From Candidatus Saccharimonadota bacterium (GTDB lineage Bacteria > Patescibacteriota > Saccharimonadia > CAILAD01 > BJGX01), in assembly GCA_016191105.1 (NCBI GenBank), contig JACPPH010000004.1, positions 65,230-129,229 on the forward strand: DNA of 64,000 nucleotides. The letters are read 5' to 3'. The translations under genes were made by a program, and so were the position numbers. The notes under the pieces are model-generated. The model searched no databases and was not told the origin of the DNA. It was given only the letters and a program-made list of their open reading frames with translations. Of this stretch, positions 57,983-64,000 are shown one piece after another (position 1 is the stretch's first letter; every line of letters starts with the position of its first letter).

Positions 57983-58741
57983 ATGAAGCTTACGAGTAAA
58001 ACAAAATGCTCCGGTATGAGTTTGATCGAGGTTGTGATGGTTTTGGCCATCTCGGCGCTATTAATTACCATTGCTTTTGCAACTTTTGGCCAACGCCGAG
58101 GGGTGGCTGTAGACGACGAAGTCAATCAAATCGTAGCTCAGATCAATAAAATTCGAAACGAGGCTCAAAAGGGCAGTGGCCCCCCATCTGATAGCCCGGC
58201 ATTAACGGCTGGTGAAACTTTGTTTGGCCAGGCCATTGAATTTGATGCCCGCTGCTCAAGTAACGGCGGTAACTCCTGTATGCACATTTATAGGCTCAAG
58301 CGCGGATTTAGTACTATTTCCAATCAGCCTACCAATCAAATAAGTCCTTACGAGTCCTCGACAGATATACCTGTTACAGAGAATTTACTTTTTCAATTAG
58401 CCACCAAAAGCGGCTGTAACAACCAGTTTTACCTAGGCTACAAGCAACCTGGTAGCAGCAAGTTTTGCGACCCTTCTTTGTTTATGGGGGCCAGTCAGGC
58501 TAATCCGATGATAGTAATCGAAACCGGCTCTGGCAGAATGTCTTTCTTTAGCACCGGCCAAGCCCAAGGGTTTAATCCTAGTAAAGCCGCAAATCTAAAT
58601 AACTATACTGCTGACCGCCAGGGTGTACTACGATTGCCGATTTACCAAAAGCAAGGCGGAACCCCGGCGTCTTCGCAATACAAATATAACATCGATATTA
58701 ACCTAGCTGGCGGCAACGAAATCACAACTACAAAGCTATGA
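57983..58741 (+). CDS. minor pilin
   Basis: G-MSLIE prepilin motif. Confidence 0.85.
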   Translation: MKLTSKTKCSGMSLIEVVMVLAISALLITIAFATFGQRRGVAVDDEVNQIVAQINKIRNEAQKGSGPPSDSPALTAGETLFGQAIEFDARCSSNGGNSCMHIYRLKRGFSTISNQPTNQISPYESSTDIPVTENLLFQLATKSGCNNQFYLGYKQPGSSKFCDPSLFMGASQANPMIVIETGSGRMSFFSTGQAQGFNPSKAANLNNYTADRQGVLRLPIYQKQGGTPASSQYKYNIDINLAGGNEITTTKL

Positions 58742-59304
58742 CCAAGCTGAATTTAAAAACGTCAAAAGGCGATACCCTTATAGAAGTGCTGTTTGCATTT
58801 GCCATATTGGGCGCGTTAATTGGCCTAGCGTTTACTGGCATAATTAGTGCTCACAAAACAGCTGTTTCGGCCTTGCAGCGAACCCAGGCATTGGAGACCG
58901 CTCAGTACCAAGCTGAGGGCTTAAAGATGTATAGAGCATCGTTGCCTTGGGATGATAACCAAGGCACGCCAAGTTTTTTGGGCACAGTACTTAGCTCAGG
59001 GAGCGAGCAGCCCTTTTGCATGGCTACCACAAGTGGTGCAACCACTAATTGGAAGGTTCAGTCGGGCGATCTCTCGCCCTGCTGGTCAACTAGCATAAAT
59101 AAAGCCTTGAATTCACTGCCCGCTCCACCGGCTGGCGATAAGGTTGAGATAAAAGCTAAGTGTATACAGGGCATAGCTCAAACCGTTTTGCCCAGCTGCG
59201 CTAATGCCAACGCTATGCAGGCCACGATTACCGTTAGTTGGACCGACACCAGTGGTGTGCAAAGTAGTGTAAAAAACGTTGTGGTGGTAACCAGAAGCCA
59301 ATGA
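58738..59304 (+). CDS. minor pilin (PilV-like)
   Basis: G-DTLIE prepilin motif. Confidence 0.85.
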   Translation: MTKLNLKTSKGDTLIEVLFAFAILGALIGLAFTGIISAHKTAVSALQRTQALETAQYQAEGLKMYRASLPWDDNQGTPSFLGTVLSSGSEQPFCMATTSGATTNWKVQSGDLSPCWSTSINKALNSLPAPPAGDKVEIKAKCIQGIAQTVLPSCANANAMQATITVSWTDTSGVQSSVKNVVVVTRSQ

Positions 59305-59939
59305 GCAAGCCCAGCCAAAAAACCAATAATCGTGGCTTTACTTTGGTTGAATTGATATTTGCAACTGTACTAATTGGCATAATGGTAACGCTGGCCATGC
59401 AGACATTTATTGCCCTAATGCGCTTTTACACCTGGTCGCGCTACACGCAGGCCAATCAGGCTGCGGCTCGACAAACTCTAGATGATCTAACGCGCAGGAT
59501 TTCTAATAATGTAATTAGCACAACTGGCGGCGTTGGCCCTGACTCTATCTGTGTTGTCACCAACACAGGGGGCTCGCCCAAATCTACGCTGTATTTATTG
59601 GATCCAGCAGCCCATAGAATAATTGAGCGAGGTGACTATGCCACAAGTGGCTGCAAGGTGAACTTTCTAGACTACCCGAGCAAACCAGATATCTATATAT
59701 CACCAGCCAACGAAAAAATAAGCAAGCTAACATTTAACATAACCCGTGGCTCGGTTAGTGCCCCGGCCCAACCGCCCTACAACAAGGTGGGTGGTGTAGT
59801 TATTAACCTCACCATGCTAAATGTGCTCGACAGCAAAGATCCTATAACAGGAGAAGTAAAGGGATGCCAGCCAGCTGCCACTTTTTGCTCTACAGCAACT
59901 ATGACCACGGCCGTACAGGCTCAGAACGGGCTTAAGTAA
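59301..59939 (+). CDS. minor pilin (PilW-like)
   Basis: G-FTLVE prepilin motif. Confidence 0.85.
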   Translation: MSKPSQKTNNRGFTLVELIFATVLIGIMVTLAMQTFIALMRFYTWSRYTQANQAAARQTLDDLTRRISNNVISTTGGVGPDSICVVTNTGGSPKSTLYLLDPAAHRIIERGDYATSGCKVNFLDYPSKPDIYISPANEKISKLTFNITRGSVSAPAQPPYNKVGGVVINLTMLNVLDSKDPITGEVKGCQPAATFCSTATMTTAVQAQNGLK

Positions 59940-59954
59940 TATGATACAATTAGC

Positions 59955-61094
59955 ATGACCATTAAGAGAAAAAGATTGATTAGCAAACCAAAATTTAGTC
60001 TCAAAGAACTTTCGAAGCAGCGCGGCGTTACATCTCTATTGGTGGTGGTGGCCTTATCGCTGATCTTTATTGTAATGGTTTCGGGGTTAACTATTATTGC
60101 TATTCGCGAACAACAACAGGCCTCAACTACAGATCTAAGTAACCGTGCCTTACAAGCTGCCCAATCGGCAATTCGTGATGCCGCCCAGAAGCTGGTCGAC
60201 GCACCAAACGAAGAATATCCAAACTGTGACGGCACCGGTGCCAGCAACTTGCCTCTAGGTACCAACATCGACAATCTAATTAGGCCGCCATTGGATTTGG
60301 GTAGCAACATTACTATAGTCTGCCGCACAGTTGCCAGAACTACCGAGGTTGTAAAGGCGCCAATTGGCCAGGATAGTAGTCTACAGATCAATGCTTTTCA
60401 GCCAGCTGGCGCAAACCCTACCAAGCTAGATATTCAGTGGGACATCTCGACAGTCAAGGCGCCGGCGGCATACAACCCTAGGCCGCCGTTTCAGAATAAG
60501 CAGTTTTACATACCCAGCGATGCCTACAACTTTGCGGCTGCGCTGGAGCTAACTATTGTGTATTGGCCACGAGTTGACAACAATGGCACGGTGCCAAGTT
60601 TAAGCCAGGTGAAGACTGTTTCTACGCTGGTGCTGCCTGATCAATTCGACAAATCAACCTTGCGCCCAAGGTTTTCAGCGGCCAACCCCGACTACATTAT
60701 TGGCTCAATCTGTGACAATGGAGTCACATCGCCGTATCGTTGCAGCTTAAAAAGCAGTGATGGTGAAAAGCTTAACTTATCGAGGGTGATTGGCGCCGAT
60801 GCTGCCACATACAACATTATTCTAAAAATCGAGCCTCGTTATGCCAACACCGATGTTATGGTTCAGTTCTTTACCGATTCTGGTGGCAAAGTTAAGGTTC
60901 AGAGCGATCAAGCCACAATCGATGTCACAGCTCAGGCTGGCAACGTTTATCGCCGCCTAACTGCTACCAAACCGATTGGTAACAGCGCCGCAATAGATAG
61001 TGTTTTGCTTACCAATGGTAAGATCTGTAAGAATTTGGCCGTTGATGATAATAATGACTCAATTGGTACTAACAACTGTGGCGGGTCAGAGTAG
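59955..61094 (+). CDS. PilX-like protein
   Basis: RG-VTSLL lacking Glu5, ALQAAQSAI. Confidence 0.8.
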   Translation: MTIKRKRLISKPKFSLKELSKQRGVTSLLVVVALSLIFIVMVSGLTIIAIREQQQASTTDLSNRALQAAQSAIRDAAQKLVDAPNEEYPNCDGTGASNLPLGTNIDNLIRPPLDLGSNITIVCRTVARTTEVVKAPIGQDSSLQINAFQPAGANPTKLDIQWDISTVKAPAAYNPRPPFQNKQFYIPSDAYNFAAALELTIVYWPRVDNNGTVPSLSQVKTVSTLVLPDQFDKSTLRPRFSAANPDYIIGSICDNGVTSPYRCSLKSSDGEKLNLSRVIGADAATYNIILKIEPRYANTDVMVQFFTDSGGKVKVQSDQATIDVTAQAGNVYRRLTATKPIGNSAAIDSVLLTNGKICKNLAVDDNNDSIGTNNCGGSE

Positions 61095-62006
61095 CTATTT
61101 GTTGCCGGAGTGAAACTGTTGGTGGGTTTTGCGCAACTGAGGATCGGTTACGTGGGTATAGACCTGCGTGGTAGCAATATTGGCATGGCCCAGCAGGCTC
61201 TGTACGCTACGCAGATCGGCGCCATTGCTCAATAAATCAGTTGCAAAGCTGTGTCGTAATGTGTGGGGCGTAACGTGCTTGGTGATGCCGGCTTGCTTGG
61301 CGTAGCGCTCCACCAAGCGCTGCACACTGCGCACACTGAGCCTAGTGTATTCACCGCTCTCGAGCTCGGATTTACTGCCTGAATAGTGAATGAATAGCGG
61401 CTCAAATCCGTCTTTTCGAGCCTCTAGGTAAGTTTTAATGGCTTTGTTGGCGGTTTGACTGACATAAACTGGCCTATCCTTTTGACCCTTGCCTCGCACC
61501 GAGAACTCGCCGCGGCCTAAGTGAACATCTTTGCGGTTTAAGCCAACCAGCTCCGATACGCGCAGTCCGGTGGAGAATAGTAGCTCTATAATCGCCCGAT
61601 CGCGCAGACCGGTGAGCTCAGTAGTATCAATCGTTTCTAGCAATCTACCAATCTCTTCTTCGTTCAAAAAGCTAACCTGGGGGCGTTTGGCCTGAGCTAA
61701 CTCAATTTTGTCGGCCGGCAGGCTGTTGATATCGCGTCTGGCCAAGTACTTTAGAAACGAACGCAGGGCAATCAGATGATAATTTTGGGTAACCCGAGAG
61801 ATACCTCGGCCATCTTCACCTTTATAGCGGTTGAGCCATTGGCGCCACTTACTTACGGTGTCAACGCTGATTTTGCTAACTTTTAGGTCGTTGGTAAATT
61901 CTAAAAACCGATTGAGGTAAAGCGAATAGTTTTCGATGGTTTTGAGACTCCGACCACGCTCAACCTCGAGATAGTCCAAGAAATCACTCATATACTGCGA
62001 GAACAT
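61095..62006 (-). CDS. XerC/XerD-family tyrosine recombinase
   Basis: [25 protein letters not shown]. Confidence 0.95.
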   Translation of the reverse strand: MFSQYMSDFLDYLEVERGRSLKTIENYSLYLNRFLEFTNDLKVSKISVDTVSKWRQWLNRYKGEDGRGISRVTQNYHLIALRSFLKYLARRDINSLPADKIELAQAKRPQVSFLNEEEIGRLLETIDTTELTGLRDRAIIELLFSTGLRVSELVGLNRKDVHLGRGEFSVRGKGQKDRPVYVSQTANKAIKTYLEARKDGFEPLFIHYSGSKSELESGEYTRLSVRSVQRLVERYAKQAGITKHVTPHTLRHSFATDLLSNGADLRSVQSLLGHANIATTQVYTHVTDPQLRKTHQQFHSGNK

Positions 62007-62087
62007 AGCTTTAGCGTAAGCTTAAAAGTCCAGACATGCAAGTCTATTGAAGCAAGCTGGGTTTCCAGGTATAATCGAGGGCTAATC

Positions 62088-63926
62088 ATGAGCAAAATAA
62101 AACAAGAATACGATGTTGTGGTGGTTGGGGCTGGCCATGCTGGCTGTGAGGCTGCCATTGCCGCGGCCAAACTAGGCGCCCGAACACTTTTGGTGTCTAA
62201 AGACCTTAATAAGGTTGCAACCCTACCCTGCAACCCATCAGTTGGCGGTCCAGGCAAAGGGCACTTGGTGCGTGAGATAGATGCGCTGGGGGGCATAATG
62301 GCAAAAGTGGTCGATGCTAGCGCCATTCAAATTAAAGAGCTCAACACCAGCAAAGGCCCCGCCGTACGGGCTTACCGCGCCCAGCTCGACAAGACTCTTT
62401 ATAACCAGAACATGCTAGCCGAGCTAGAGTCGGCTCTAAACCTTAATTTGCTTGAAGATGAAGTTAAGGCTGTAGAATCTAAAGGTGCTAAGATCCAGGC
62501 GGTGGTGACAAGCCAAAACGGACCTATTAAGGCCAGCTCGGTAGTTATCTGTGGCGGCACCTTTTTAAACGGCGAGATTATCTTGGGCGATAAAGTAGTC
62601 AAAAAAGGCGGCCGTATGGACGAAGACTCATCGGTCGGCTTAACCGATTCGCTAATAGCGCTCGGACTCAAGCACGGCCGGCTCAAAACCGGCACGCCGC
62701 CGCGCATTCATCGTAACAGCATAGACTATTCCAAATTAGCGCTGGCACCTGGTAGCCCGGGTAAAATCAGTTTTTCGACTCCCGAGCGTGAACTTATGCC
62801 AATGGGCCAGCAAGAAACTTGTTATCTGACCTACACCAACCCCGAAACTCACCAACTGATTCTCGACAATTTTGCCGAATCAGGCAATGTATCGGGTTTG
62901 ATTACCGAAACCGGACCGCGTAGCTGTCCCAGCCTCGATCTAAAAGTTAAAAACTTTCCCCACAAACAGCGCCACCCAATATTTATCGAGCCAGAGGGTC
63001 GACCAAGCGATCCAAAATGTGGCCAGCGCATGTACTTGCAAGGTTGTAGTACGGCCTTTAGCTCCGGATGGCAAGAAAGAATCTTCCGTACTATAAAGGG
63101 GTTAGAGAGGGCGGAATTCCTAAGCTATGGTTACGCCGTACGCTACGATTTCTTTTTGCCCCACCAGCTTAAGAACACGCTCGAAACCAAGGTTTGTAAC
63201 GGACTTTACTTGGCTGGCCAAATGAACGGCACCACTGGCTATGAGGAGGCTGCCGCTCAAGGCCTGATAGCTGGCATAAATGCTGCTCTAAGGCTGCAAA
63301 ACAAACCCGAATTTATACTCGACCGGGCTGAGGCTTACATTGGAGTGTTAATCGAAGATTTGGTTACCAAGGTGCATGTTGAGCCCTACAGAATGTTTAC
63401 CAGCCGTGCTGAGTACCGGCTATTACTACGCAACGACAACGCCGATGCCCGCTTGAGCCAAAAGGGCTATGAGCTAGGTCTAATTAGCAAAAACCGCTTC
63501 GATGCCGTAAAAGTTAGACAGGTCCAGATAGAACTGGCCATATTAGGGCTCAAAAAGGCCAAGCGAAAGGCTGGCGGCAAAACTATAAGCGCCTATGAAT
63601 ATTTGCGTCGGCCCCAGATCACATTGGCAGAAACTATGAGCCAATTTGGAGTTAGTGTAGCCGATGCGATTGCCTATAATGTCGAAGTTGAAGTTAAATA
63701 CCAAGGGTACTTCGATAAACAGCGGCGCGAAGCTACAAAATTGCAAGCTCAGCAAGCCTTTAAGTTGCCAAAACTGGATTATTCTAGCATCAAGGGCTTA
63801 CGCAATGAGGCCAAAGCCCGATTAGCGGAGGTGCAACCTACATCACTAGCCCAAGCTTCGTTGATCCAAGGGGTAACCCCGGCCGACCTAAGTATTGTAA
63901 TGGTTATGGCTCACCGACAGCATTGA
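62088..63926 (+). CDS. mnmG: tRNA uridine-5-carboxymethylaminomethyl synthesis enzyme
   Basis: [49 protein letters not shown]. Confidence 0.98.
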   Translation: MSKIKQEYDVVVVGAGHAGCEAAIAAAKLGARTLLVSKDLNKVATLPCNPSVGGPGKGHLVREIDALGGIMAKVVDASAIQIKELNTSKGPAVRAYRAQLDKTLYNQNMLAELESALNLNLLEDEVKAVESKGAKIQAVVTSQNGPIKASSVVICGGTFLNGEIILGDKVVKKGGRMDEDSSVGLTDSLIALGLKHGRLKTGTPPRIHRNSIDYSKLALAPGSPGKISFSTPERELMPMGQQETCYLTYTNPETHQLILDNFAESGNVSGLITETGPRSCPSLDLKVKNFPHKQRHPIFIEPEGRPSDPKCGQRMYLQGCSTAFSSGWQERIFRTIKGLERAEFLSYGYAVRYDFFLPHQLKNTLETKVCNGLYLAGQMNGTTGYEEAAAQGLIAGINAALRLQNKPEFILDRAEAYIGVLIEDLVTKVHVEPYRMFTSRAEYRLLLRNDNADARLSQKGYELGLISKNRFDAVKVRQVQIELAILGLKKAKRKAGGKTISAYEYLRRPQITLAETMSQFGVSVADAIAYNVEVEVKYQGYFDKQRREATKLQAQQAFKLPKLDYSSIKGLRNEAKARLAEVQPTSLAQASLIQGVTPADLSIVMVMAHRQH

Positions 63927-64000
63927 GCCAATGCGATGCGCTAATTCTCAAGGCCACACGGGCGTGCTAAACTAAGTGTAAGACCGTAACTCTTCAAGGA

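Noticed and set aside
49789-61094. Type IV pilus locus as a novel system
   Set aside because: Gene content and order are standard for Patescibacteria; any role in module delivery cannot be supported from sequence.
61095-62006. Tyrosine recombinase as an integron integrase for the GC-rich modules
   Set aside because: Typical Xer length and motifs with no visible IntI-specific insertion; no adjacent cassette array.

Overview
Chromosomal segment of a Patescibacteria (CPR) genome, most likely Saccharibacteria-like, judged from the pilM-N-O-B-T-C-pilin-pilD cluster, a GDTLIE minor pilin and many leaderless genes. The backbone is ordinary: dnaG, rpoD, polA, mutM, holA, rpsT, truB, rpsO, pnp, udg, rnj, ftsK, rodZ, recA/recX, rpsF-ssb-rpsR-efp, ychF, type IV pilus locus, Xer recombinase and mnmG. 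About ten small GC-rich transcription units are inserted between these genes. They use GC-ending codons and mostly have AT-rich sigma70-type promoters and strong Shine-Dalgarno sites. In most of them the ORF(s) lie in the loop of a long-range 5'UTR/3'UTR stem that is followed directly by a hairpin. Two stem families recur (CGACAAYC/GRTTGTCG and YYTTGY/GCAAR), with compensatory changes and G-U pairs. This end-paired mRNA module architecture is the best candidate for an undescribed system; host-directed RNA cargo is my inference, not something the sequence shows. Also present: a 3-copy covarying structured intergenic element of up to ~390 nt, two REP-flanked GIY-YIG genes around truB, a RAYT-like transposase with REPs and a remnant copy, a 205-bp direct repeat flanking an AT-rich insert with a phased motif array, direct-repeat LexA-like boxes at recA, and two single-base frameshifts. 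All pairings were found by eye; no folding or database search was run.
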